From Candidatus Poribacteria bacterium (lineage in GTDB: Bacteria; Poribacteria; WGA-4E; PCPOR2b): a stretch of DNA of 64,000 nucleotides. Position numbers and translations under genes: made by a program. Positions 50,914-60,700 of this stretch are shown here, piece after piece. The notes under the pieces were generated by a model, which was not told the origin of the DNA, made no database searches, and saw nothing but the letters and a program-made list of their open reading frames with translations. The stretch's first letter is position 1. Each line of letters opens with the position of its first letter. The stretch lies in assembly GCA_965208675.1 (NCBI GenBank), contig OZ242351.1:4768001-4832000 (forward strand). The letters are read 5' to 3'.

Positions 50914-53052
50914 TTAAGATAGCCTTTTTGACGAAAGAATCTCCTGTACAATGCCTTGTGGAACATCACTGTAGTGCGAGAATTCCATTGAATACGTCGC
51001 TCGACCTTGAGTTAGGGAGCGAAGCGTTTTGACATAACCAAACATCTCAGCAAGTGGGCAATATGCTTGAATCAACTGTATGTGTGATTTCGATTGTGTG
51101 TCCGTGCGGAGAATTTGTGCTCGACGTGCATTCAAGTCTCCCATAACTTTGCCTAAGTAGCTATCAGGTACAATCACTTCTACATCCATGATGGGTTCAA
51201 GCAAGATTGGCTGTGCTTGCTTCATTGCGTCTTTGAAGGCAATCGAAGCAGCAATAGAAAACGCTAATTCTGATGAATCAACGGCATGGTAAGAACCGTC
51301 GTAGAGACGTACACCGACATCAACTATTGGATAGCCGCATACAATCCCTACGTTCATTGCTTCCTGAATCCCCTTATTAACAGCAGGTATATAGTCTTTT
51401 GGAATATCACCGCTCTTTATTTCATCAACGAATTCATATCCAGATCCCTTTTCAATGGGATAAATTTCGAGAACCACATGTCCGTATTGCCCACGTCCGC
51501 CAGATTGTCTGACAAATCGTCCCTCCGCCATCGCATGGCGCCGGATGGTTTCCCGATAAGCCACTTGGGGCTGTCCAATATTTGCGCTTACATTAAACTC
51601 TCTAATTAGGCGATCGACGATGATTTCAAGGTGCAACTCTCCCATTCCTGACAGGAGCGTTTGACCTGTTTCGGTGTTTTGATGAATCTTGAAGGTTGGA
51701 TCTTCTTCTGCGAGTTTCAAGAGAGCTAGGTTCATTTTGTCAACGTCGGATTGCGTCTGTGGTTCAATTGCAATTGACATGACCGGCGATGGAAAGGTTA
51801 TCGATTCAAACTGTATGGGTAAATCCTGTACACAGATAGTGTCGCCGGTGGAGATATCCTTCAACCCAATTACTGCCGCTATGTCTCCGGCATAAACTGC
51901 ATGGCGTTCTTCACGTTTATTCGCGTGCATTTGCATCAACCTTCCAGCTCTCTCGTGCTTTTGACGCGTACTGTTATATACGGCTGCACCTTTTGTTAAA
52001 ACGCCAGAATAGACACGAAGAAACGTTAATTTTCCAACGTGCTCATCCGTCATAATTTTGAAGGCTAATGCCGAAAAAGGTTCATCATCGCTGGCTGAAC
52101 GCCTTTCTTCGTTATGGGTTTGGGGATGAAAACCGGTCATTGGGGGAACATCTACGGGGGAGGGCAAAAAATCAGTGATGGCATCTAACAACGGTTGAAT
52201 TCCTCTGTTTCTTAATGCGGCGCCGCATATCACCGGGACAACGTGACCGTTCAATGTAGCTTTTCTCAAGCCGGATTTGATTTCCGCCTCGGAAAACTCA
52301 ACACCATCAAGGTATTTAATTAGCAACTCATTATCCCATTCCGCAATCGCCTCCAACATCTGCCCTCGGTATTCCTCAACTATCTCTGTCATTTCTTCAG
52401 GGATTGCTGTTTCGTCAAACACAGTTCCGAGGCTTGCTTCATTCCAGGTTAAACCTTTGCGTGTAATCAAATCAACGACACCGTTAAACCGCTCGGCCGA
52501 ACCGATGGGCAACTGAATTGGTATAGCGCGTGCGCCGAGCCGTTCAACCATCATTTCAACGGTTCGAAAAAAGTCTGCGCCCGTCCGATCCATCTTATTT
52601 ATTAATGCGATGCGAGGTATTTGATATTTATCCGCTTGCCTCCATACAGTTTCGGATTGCGGCTCGACACCGCCAACCGCACAAAACACCGCAACCGCAC
52701 CATCAAGAACGCGGAGTGAACGTTCGACTTCAACCGTAAAATCGATATGACCGGGCGTATCGATAATGTTGATACGATGATCTTTCCATCGGCAGGCTGT
52801 TGCCGCGGCAGTTATAGTTATCCCCCGTTCTTGTTCTTGGACCATCCAATCCATCGTGGTAGTGCCATCATCGACTATACCCATCCGATGGACTCGACCT
52901 GTATAGTATAATATTCGTTCGGTTATAGTTGTCTTTCCAGCATCAATATGCGCCATAATGCCAATGTTGCGCGTATTAGCCACAGGGAATCGACGTGGAT
53001 CTATAGATTTCCGTTTAGCGGATGAGGATCGGTCATTATGTGTGAGCGTCAT
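50914..53052 (-). CDS. fusA: Elongation factor G
   Basis: [43 protein letters not shown]; short N-terminal extension. Confidence 0.98.
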   Translation of the reverse strand: MTLTHNDRSSSAKRKSIDPRRFPVANTRNIGIMAHIDAGKTTITERILYYTGRVHRMGIVDDGTTTMDWMVQEQERGITITAAATACRWKDHRINIIDTPGHIDFTVEVERSLRVLDGAVAVFCAVGGVEPQSETVWRQADKYQIPRIALINKMDRTGADFFRTVEMMVERLGARAIPIQLPIGSAERFNGVVDLITRKGLTWNEASLGTVFDETAIPEEMTEIVEEYRGQMLEAIAEWDNELLIKYLDGVEFSEAEIKSGLRKATLNGHVVPVICGAALRNRGIQPLLDAITDFLPSPVDVPPMTGFHPQTHNEERRSASDDEPFSALAFKIMTDEHVGKLTFLRVYSGVLTKGAAVYNSTRQKHERAGRLMQMHANKREERHAVYAGDIAAVIGLKDISTGDTICVQDLPIQFESITFPSPVMSIAIEPQTQSDVDKMNLALLKLAEEDPTFKIHQNTETGQTLLSGMGELHLEIIVDRLIREFNVSANIGQPQVAYRETIRRHAMAEGRFVRQSGGRGQYGHVVLEIYPIEKGSGYEFVDEIKSGDIPKDYIPAVNKGIQEAMNVGIVCGYPIVDVGVRLYDGSYHAVDSSELAFSIAASIAFKDAMKQAQPILLEPIMDVEVIVPDSYLGKVMGDLNARRAQILRTDTQSKSHIQLIQAYCPLAEMFGYVKTLRSLTQGRATYSMEFSHYSDVPQGIVQEILSSKRLS

Positions 53053-53100
53053 TTTCTAAATTTACCTTCCGAACGTGCACGGATGGCTTTAACCATCTTT

Positions 53101-53598
53101 CTACCAGCGGTAGTGTGCAAATGCCCGGTTTGCTTCTGCCATTCTATGTTGATCGAGTTTCCTGCGGAATGCGGATCCGTCATTTCGATAAGCATCTAAC
53201 AATTCCCCAGCTAGCCGCTCTTGCATAGTTTTTTCGGGGCGTTGGCTTGTCGTAGCGTAGCCTCGCTCCCGTCGGGTGGATTTGACAATCCATCGAATTG
53301 CTAACGTGGTTCGCCGTTCAGCTTTGACATCAACCGGCACTTGATACGTTTGCCCGCCAACACGCCTCGATCTAATTTCAAGGACAGGTTTGACATTATT
53401 AATCGCCTGACGGAAAACTGCGAACCCATCTTCTTTTGTTTTATGTTCGATAATGTCCAGGCTTTCATACAACATTCGCCTGGCAAGGCTCCTTTTCCCA
53501 CGGGTCATCAGGCAATTGACAAATTTTGCGACAAGCTTACTGTTGTACTTCGGATCCGGGAGTATTTCTCGCTTCTCACCGACTTTGCGTCGCGGCAT
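53101..53598 (-). CDS. rpsG: 30S ribosomal protein S7
   Basis: MPRR, RRVGGQTYQVP, HRMAEANRAFAHYRW. Confidence 0.98.
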   Translation of the reverse strand: MPRRKVGEKREILPDPKYNSKLVAKFVNCLMTRGKRSLARRMLYESLDIIEHKTKEDGFAVFRQAINNVKPVLEIRSRRVGGQTYQVPVDVKAERRTTLAIRWIVKSTRRERGYATTSQRPEKTMQERLAGELLDAYRNDGSAFRRKLDQHRMAEANRAFAHYRW

Positions 53599-53612
53599 GC
53601 CTTCCTCCTTAT

Positions 53613-53978
53613 TTACCTCTTCGCTCCATATTTGGAGCGAGCCTGCCGTCGATTTTCAACCCCTGCAGTATCTAAAGCACCGCGAACGATATGATATCTG
53701 ACATTTGGCAAATCTTTAACCCTTCCTCCGCGAACAAGGACAACCGAGTGTTCCTGCAGGTTATGGTCAATGCCCGGAATATAACAGGTCGCTTCGTAAC
53801 CTGTTGTGAAACGAACCCGAGCCACTTTTCGCAACGCGGAATTTGGTTTTTTTGGCGTTATGGCTCTGACCTGTACACAGATTCCTCGTCGTTGCGGGCA
53901 GTTTTGAAGGACAGGCGCCTTACTCTTTTTGCGGCTCTTTTTACGCGGCTTTTTGATTAACTGATTTATTGTTGGCAT
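53613..53978 (-). CDS. rpsL: 30S ribosomal protein S12
   Basis: [38 protein letters not shown]. Confidence 0.98.
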   Translation of the reverse strand: MPTINQLIKKPRKKSRKKSKAPVLQNCPQRRGICVQVRAITPKKPNSALRKVARVRFTTGYEATCYIPGIDHNLQEHSVVLVRGGRVKDLPNVRYHIVRGALDTAGVENRRQARSKYGAKR

Positions 53979-54185
53979 TTTTCCCTCGTTTATTTGGTCG
54001 TTGAATACGCGGTTTTGGGCACATGCTTCGAATTTCCGCTAGGCATAAATAAAGCCCCATGGGGACTCAAGGGGCTCATAACTAATTCCTATCATGAGTA
54101 AACCGTAAAAACACTATTGAAGCGTTCTGGGCTTAGAATCCCTCCTTCATGCCTTATCAACTTGAAAAAGCGCACTAAGGATCAG

Positions 54186-54215
54186 ATTATACCAAACCCG
54201 ATTGTTAGATGTCAA
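54186..54215 (-). promoter_or_regulatory. Consensus sigma70 promoter of the str/ribosomal superoperon
   Basis: Minus strand TTGACA-18 nt-TATAAT with extended TG, ~200 nt upstream of rpsL. Confidence 0.75.
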
Positions 54216-54352
54216 GGTTTTTCTTAGCTTTTTTGAGTTTTAACACGTTTTTTCTTAAGCTGTGACCTAACAATGCCAAAATTTCCTTTGCAACGCTCTC
54301 ATCAGAGCGTTGCGAAGGACTCAGCGAATCAAATGAAATTCGGAACACACGC

Positions 54353-56044
54353 TTATTTTTTATAAGCGGATCGATCGGTATTTCCACCATATTTCATCGC
54401 ATACACAAACAGATTGACCATAAACCGGTGTACATCAGCGGAACGGCGCATCCTTAACATCGTCCGACTCGGGATTTCCGCTGTCTCCATCGCACAGAGA
54501 TAATCCTTCCGATTGTACAGCACTGCGACACGACGCCCAATCGTAATCGCCTTGTGAAACTTAAACTTTGTAACTTTAGGGTTATTTTCGGATCCCCAGT
54601 ACTCGTCGGATCCATTCGGCGGGACGGATAGCTTGTAATAGATGGAATATATCTCATGGCTATGAGGTATAGACTGAAGCGGATATTCTGGCAGGATTTT
54701 TTTCAATTCATCAGCGACACGCGCAGCGAACAATCCCTTGAACCCGCAATCATCGAAAAATAGCAGCCCGCCGCGTTCCACGAGGTATTTTCTCATCGCC
54801 GACCGTTCTGCAGGAGTAAAACCTACCATCCACGGCTCGCCCCGCATTAGATTACGCGTTGTGGTCAGTTCTTTATCGTGTCCGGTCATAACAATGATGG
54901 GTGCATCAAGGATTCGCGGATCTGTCATTCGCATGGCGCCGCCCTCCAGTTTCATATCCGCACGCAGGCGAGTGTTGTCCGATAACCACCGCATGAAACT
55001 CGGCAGCGCAGAAGGGTCTTGCCACCAATCTGCTAGTGAATGTATTAACCGTGTGAAACGGATGTGACCCTGTATGTCTGCGCCCTCACCCTCTAGAATA
55101 GCGCCTAACTTATCATCAGGCACCGTAGTGATTTTAGCCAACGGGTCGTCTCCAGCGCCACCGGCACCAGCGTCGGTTGCCCCAACTGCGCCCACAAGCG
55201 AGTCAATACCGCCCGTTCCGCTTCGACCGCGTCCGTTTATTGCCTCTGTACCTGACCCGCGCCCCTTATCGGGACCGCGACGCCCGCCGACCGCGGGAGC
55301 GATGACCTCCTCGTTACGCTTGGGTTGGATGTCTGCCACCGTCTTTACAGGACTATCTACAATCGTATCCGGAACTAATGGGGACACGTCCATCGACACG
55401 CGGCTTGGGGCAGCCGCGACAGGTCTAGCAACTCGCGGAGCAGACGACACTCGAACAGGTTGGGAAATCTGTTGCGCGGGTTGGCGCACCGGTTCAGGCG
55501 GTTTGGGCTTGATCTTTTTCAACCGTCTAACCTTCGGCTGCGGCTTCACCATCTCGACCGCAATCGCATCTTCAATTTCATCCGCGTCGTCCCTTGCAAA
55601 CAGGAAAATAGCGAACGCCAAGATAACGTGCGAGACCACAGAGATTACCATAGAATTGCGCGCAGTGCGACTTTTTGGGGTTACTACCGCGATCGCTGTT
55701 TCCGCCGCTGGAGATTGTGTCTCGTAGGTAGGTGCGCTCAGGTAATAGGTCTGTCCGCCGCAATCCACTTGCATTTGACCCTCCGGGAGCATGCGGAACT
55801 CGGCGCGTGCTCCGGCACGGATTACCTCACTCAGCCGTCTGACGGGCAGGATTACCGCCCCCGCTTGCGTAACCTCCGCGTCAATTGTAAATTTTGTGTC
55901 TGCGGTTGAAAGTTCTAGCTTATCGTTCCCGATGCTACGCACACGCACATCGGAGATAGACTCTAGCTGATTATCCCGGGCCGCCTGCGACTGGAGAGAC
56001 TTAATTGCTTTCAGAAGGTCCGCTTGTTTCGCTGTGAATTGCAT
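54353..56044 (-). CDS. Fusion protein: DnaN domain-I-like / TonB-type TM anchor / Pro-Gly-rich linker / DUF4159
   Basis: aa 1-103 align by eye with the beta-clamp N-terminal domain; TM aa ~132-150 with SVVSH; C-terminal DWWQDP, VMTGH, GGLLFFDDC, NLFVYAM match DUF4159. Confidence 0.8.
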   Translation of the reverse strand: MQFTAKQADLLKAIKSLQSQAARDNQLESISDVRVRSIGNDKLELSTADTKFTIDAEVTQAGAVILPVRRLSEVIRAGARAEFRMLPEGQMQVDCGGQTYYLSAPTYETQSPAAETAIAVVTPKSRTARNSMVISVVSHVILAFAIFLFARDDADEIEDAIAVEMVKPQPKVRRLKKIKPKPPEPVRQPAQQISQPVRVSSAPRVARPVAAAPSRVSMDVSPLVPDTIVDSPVKTVADIQPKRNEEVIAPAVGGRRGPDKGRGSGTEAINGRGRSGTGGIDSLVGAVGATDAGAGGAGDDPLAKITTVPDDKLGAILEGEGADIQGHIRFTRLIHSLADWWQDPSALPSFMRWLSDNTRLRADMKLEGGAMRMTDPRILDAPIIVMTGHDKELTTTRNLMRGEPWMVGFTPAERSAMRKYLVERGGLLFFDDCGFKGLFAARVADELKKILPEYPLQSIPHSHEIYSIYYKLSVPPNGSDEYWGSENNPKVTKFKFHKAITIGRRVAVLYNRKDYLCAMETAEIPSRTMLRMRRSADVHRFMVNLFVYAMKYGGNTDRSAYKK

Positions 56045-56081
56045 AAGGTATTCCTTTTACTTTTACTGATGGTTTTTATGT

Positions 56082-57728
56082 TTATCCCATGTAGAGATTG
56101 CGCGATTGGAAGCCCATCGCCCTACCACGCCAATGGTGAACATCTGCATAATCCGACTTTAGCCGTACTGCTTCGTCAAAGTCCGCTATCGCTGCGGTGT
56201 ATTGTTTTAACCAATATCTTGTCCTTCCGCGCCAGTAGTAAGCATCAGCAAAATCCTTACTGAGCCTTAGCACCTCGTCGAAGTCTGAAATCGCTGCGGA
56301 GTATTGTTTTAAACGATACCTTTCCCGACCACGCAAGAAGTAACCATTGGCATCCGGACTCAAGCGTATTGATTCGTCTAAGGCTTTCGCCTGACGACAT
56401 GTGTTATCGTATCGTCCTACACATTCCTTCGCGGAATTACGCCAACGGTAGGCATTCAAACAATCGGGATTCAGGCGTATTGATTCATCAAAGTCCTGAA
56501 TAGCAGTTGCATATTGTCCTAACCCAAAATTTGAATAACCACGAAAGTAGAAGGCAATGGCAAGTGCTTCGTCAGTATGGTTATAGAGTAAGAGTGGTAT
56601 TGTTTCGTCTAAATCCTGAATGGCAGCTTCAAAATGTCCGTACTCAACCTTTGCTATACCACGCCAATAGAGGACATCTGCATAATCCGAATAACCCGAA
56701 CCACCCGAATAAACAGACTTCAATTGTATTGCGTGATCAAAGTCCGCAATCGCTGCGAAGTATTGTTTTAAACAATATCTCGTCCTGCCACGCCAGTAGT
56801 AAGCATCAGCATAATCCTTACTAAGCCTTATCACCTCGTCAAAGTCCGTTATCGCTGCGGAGTATTGTTCTGACCAATACCTTTCTATACCACGATCGTA
56901 GTAGATCCTACGGCACTTGTCATAGGCATCTGTATGATTCGGATTCAGCTGTATGGCTTCCTCAAAATCTGCTATTGCTGTGCTGTCTTGTTTTAACCTC
57001 CACTTCGTCATACCACGCCAATAATAGGCATCCGCATAATCAGATTTCAGTTGAATTGCTTCGTCGAAGTCCGTTATCGCTGTGGAGTATTGTTTCAACA
57101 AATTCTTCACCTTACCACGCCAGTAGTAGCCTTCCGCCCAGTTCGGATTTAGCCGTATTGCTTCGTCTAAATCCTGAATAGCGGTAGCGCCTCCGTCTAA
57201 ATGGGCTTTTACCCGACCACGCCAGCAATAGGCTTCAGCATAGTCTAGCTTAAGTCCAATGGCAGCGTCGAAATCCTTGATTGCTTCGGCATATTGCCCT
57301 AACTTTACTTTCTCCACACCACGCGCAAAGTAGCTAACAGCATGGGCTTCTCTATCCTGTTGCTCCTTCCGTGCTTTTTCCTGACGTTCTCGTTCCTCGC
57401 GCTCCTTTTCCCGACGTTTTCTTTTCTTTTGTTCCCTCGCCTTTTGTTCTTGGCGTTTCCTTTTCGCACGTGCTCTCGCTTCTCGTTTTTCGTGCTCTCT
57501 TTCTCGCCGTGCTTCTTCCGCTCTTGAGGAATCGTATTGCACTTGTTGGTAGGCGTTTGTAATCACCTCATATGCGTCTTGGACAAGTAAAAAGCGTTGT
57601 TTTGCGCCAGGGGAAGGGTCTTTGTCTGGATGTATGACTTTCACAAGGTCACGATAGGCTTTCTTGGCGTCGGCGAGTGTCGCGTTAGATTCCAATCCCA
57701 AAATACGCAATGCTTCGTCTGGTGTCAT
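56082..57728 (-). CDS. J-domain (DnaJ-like) + charged coiled coil + TPR-repeat protein
   Basis: ALRILGL...AKKAYRDLVKVIHPDK (intact HPD)...AYEVI; R/E/K-rich linker; about ten 34-aa TPRs (AYYWRG...QYSAAIADFDEAI). Confidence 0.9.
   Translation of the reverse strand: MTPDEALRILGLESNATLADAKKAYRDLVKVIHPDKDPSPGAKQRFLLVQDAYEVITNAYQQVQYDSSRAEEARREREHEKREARARAKRKRQEQKAREQKKRKRREKEREERERQEKARKEQQDREAHAVSYFARGVEKVKLGQYAEAIKDFDAAIGLKLDYAEAYCWRGRVKAHLDGGATAIQDLDEAIRLNPNWAEGYYWRGKVKNLLKQYSTAITDFDEAIQLKSDYADAYYWRGMTKWRLKQDSTAIADFEEAIQLNPNHTDAYDKCRRIYYDRGIERYWSEQYSAAITDFDEVIRLSKDYADAYYWRGRTRYCLKQYFAAIADFDHAIQLKSVYSGGSGYSDYADVLYWRGIAKVEYGHFEAAIQDLDETIPLLLYNHTDEALAIAFYFRGYSNFGLGQYATAIQDFDESIRLNPDCLNAYRWRNSAKECVGRYDNTCRQAKALDESIRLSPDANGYFLRGRERYRLKQYSAAISDFDEVLRLSKDFADAYYWRGRTRYWLKQYTAAIADFDEAVRLKSDYADVHHWRGRAMGFQSRNLYMG
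56178..56869. repeat. Internal direct repeat of TPR-coding DNA (56178-56308 and 56739-56869)
   Basis: Hand alignment gives 14 mismatches in 131 nt, offset 561 nt; ATCGCTGCG recurs at 102-nt spacing (56188/56290 and 56749/56851). Confidence 0.85.
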
Positions 57729-57784
57729 TTTGCTTACCTGTGTAATCCTTTATTTTACTTTGCAACCTCCCAACCGATATTTGC

Positions 57785-60700
57785 TTATCTGAGGATCGCC
57801 ATCTTTCGAGTCGCAGAGAAGCGGTTCGCGCTTAGCGTATAGAAATAAATTCCGCTCCCCACACGCTCCCCTAGGTCATTCCGCCCATCCCAATAGACCG
57901 CCTTGCTTGGGCTTTCGTACACGTCAGCCTTTTTGTTGCCGGATTCGATAGTTCTCACCAGGTTTCCACTCCGATTAAAGATGTTAACGGTGACTTTTGC
58001 ATCCTGCGCCAAGCGATACGGTATCCACGTTTCCGGGTTGAACGGATTTGGAAAATTCTGACCGAGTTCATTCATGAACCGCACCGTTTGCGGATTGGCG
58101 TTTTCAAGATGGGTTAGTTCTCCAAACACCGTTGGATCGTTGACCGAAAGTTCAAACAGATGTTCGTTAACCTTGAATATTTGGAGTGAGTAGAGATCTG
58201 CAACATAAACCGCGTCGTGGATGACCGCCAATTCCGACGGGAAGCGCAAGTTTTTGTAACGTGAAACCAACTCAAGATTGCGTATATCCACGATTTTAAG
58301 GGTTGTTCCATCTAGCAAGAATAGATAATCTCCACTTACTTTGGCATCAATCGGCAACCCATCCGTTTCATATTGCGCGATGCGAAACGGCCGCCGCGGA
58401 TCGCTAACGTCCAGAATCTGCACGCCGGAGCGGCTGTCAAGCACATACGCCCGGTTCTCAGCGACAGTCACATGTGTTGCATTGCCGTTCGTTTCGTAAC
58501 TCGCAACGGCGCGGGGCGCGGCTGGATTCTCTATGTCGAATATTCGTAAGCCCCCATCAAGGGCGGCGACGTAAGCGTACACACCGTCAATTGCCGATCG
58601 ATAGGCGTTCCCAGGCATACGTTGGCGCGCAACGACACGAATTCGGTTGAGGTCTCGCACATCAATGACGACGAAATCGCCTGCGCTGACGTAAGCGTAT
58701 CCGTTGTCAATCTCAATGCCCACCGCCGGTTCAGACGTTGAAATTCGCGCAATTGTGATGGGACGGATGACATTCCGCACATTCATGACGAATACTCCCC
58801 GTTCACCGCCCGCGATGTAGGCATGCCCGTTAAAAACTTGAACATCCGCAGCGGTTCCATCAATCGGTATGAATTGTGTTAAGGCCGCATCAAACGTGTC
58901 CTTTATGTCAACAACCTTCAATCCGCCGCGCCCATCAGCGATGAAGGCCTTCCGTCTCCCGTTTTCGCCCTGAACGATGTCAAGACCATAAGCTTCACCT
59001 GAAGCGACATGGCGATGCAACCACTGCGGACTACTCGGTCGGCTGACATCAACGGCATGCAAACTCCCGCTTCCATCCGCGATGTATGCAATGGTAGTTC
59101 CGTCGTTGGGTGTGTATAGGTCCACTCCCACTGCACTTCCGGTTATGGATTGACGGGCGACGAATTTAGGGCGGAGTGGATTACGAACGTCAATGAGATA
59201 AAATCCCGCCTGCACGTCGGTCAAATAGACGAACCCATCTTGGAATTTTATGCCATTTGAAGTTCCGGGTGTGCGCAGCGTCGAGATTATTTTTGGGTTG
59301 AATCGATCGCGTACATCGACAACTCGAAAGTCCCCCGATGCAACATAAACGTATCCGTCTTCGAAATGAAAATCGAAGCCGACAATGTCTATTTTACCAA
59401 CGATTGCGGGGATGTCGATTCGTTCAAAATCAAGAATTTGAAACCCTTGATTTCGATCACTCAAATACACGGTAGGACCTTCAACCCAGACATTCAGGGC
59501 TTCACCGAGCGTCTGAAACGCGCTAATCGGTTTCGGTTCGATTGAACTGTGCAATTCGTGTAAGTTATATATCAAGAGTCCCTCTTCACTATCAACTATG
59601 TAAGCATGCCCATTAGTTACCTGAATTCGATGAGCGAAGGTGAAACCCTTGACGGACTTCACGAGCTGCGGTGCCGCTGGTCGCCGAACATCAACAAGTT
59701 GAATGCCTTCCACTCCATCTGCGATGTAGGCTGTCCCGTCGTCAACGGCGGCATCTTGTGCGTTACCCGGTGTAGCAATTTCCCCGGTTCGCACTGGTTC
59801 TGTTGGGTTTTCGAAATTGAAGATTTCCAGTCCCCAGTCGCTCGCGGCAAACGCGTAATTCTCGACAACGACTACATTCTGATAGCTGCTAGATAGGTGT
59901 ACCTGACGCATCGGTTCCAGCTTATAGGAAATAGTTGGCAGTTTCTCGATTGGCTGCGAACGATTGCCAACGGTTCGCGTAATTTTGCCCGGCGCAACGA
60001 TTGGCAAATTAACCGGACGCGGCGCACCAACAACAATCCCGGAATTCCCATCAGATGTTCCTGCATACCGAAAAGATTGCGAGGTTGCAGTAGTTGCCAC
60101 TAGCATGACCTGATCCGACGGATTCAAATTGTTCAGCTCAAGGCGGGCATTGTCGTATTCATCAAATTGAAGCCGATGAATCATTGGCGAGCCGCGTTGC
60201 GGTATATGCACAACTTGTGCATACATTTCCCCATTGCCGGCTCCATCTAGGGCAATTTCAAGTTTAGGTGATAGATTCTGATAGGATACATAACGAACTC
60301 CCCAATCATCTAGGTTGTCCAATCGAATCGTGGGATAGCTGTTAACACGACGTTCAACGCCTCTATTGACGCGCTTATTTGGCAGGTTTTCATATCCGTA
60401 ATTGGCGCCGCGCCTGATGTCGTTGACGAAGTTAGCAATCGCCCAGTTTTGAAAAATATCGGCAAACCGTGCTGACCTACCTATCGACCCTAAAGCCGAA
60501 TTAATTCCGTCTATACCGAGCAGATCTTGTCGTGCAAGTTCACGAATGAACGCCGCGCCGCCGTAATTCTCGAATGCGTATAGCAGCAGCATGAAAGCAG
60601 CCCCGTAATAGACATCGCGGGTATTTCCAGACGTCAACGAAACGCTTGGATCTCTTAAATAACCATCGACAAAGATGTTGTGGACATTTCCGTAGATTGC

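Noticed and set aside
35218-53978. Numerous plus-strand ORFs of 60-220 aa over the ribosomal cluster
   Set aside because: Antisense shadows of well-identified genes with no motifs of their own.
54205-54390. 61-aa ORF between the DUF4159 fusion and rpsL
   Set aside because: Overlaps the upstream gene end and the rpsL promoter's A-rich upstream region; no RBS or motif.
54353-56044. Calling this gene dnaN
   Set aside because: Only a degenerate domain I is present, followed by a TM helix; it cannot form a sliding clamp.
56178-56869. Near-identical repeat pair as a diversity-generating retroelement TR/VR
   Set aside because: Only 7 of 14 mismatches have A in the 56739 copy (plus strand), both copies are in-frame TPR units, and no reverse transcriptase is in the window.
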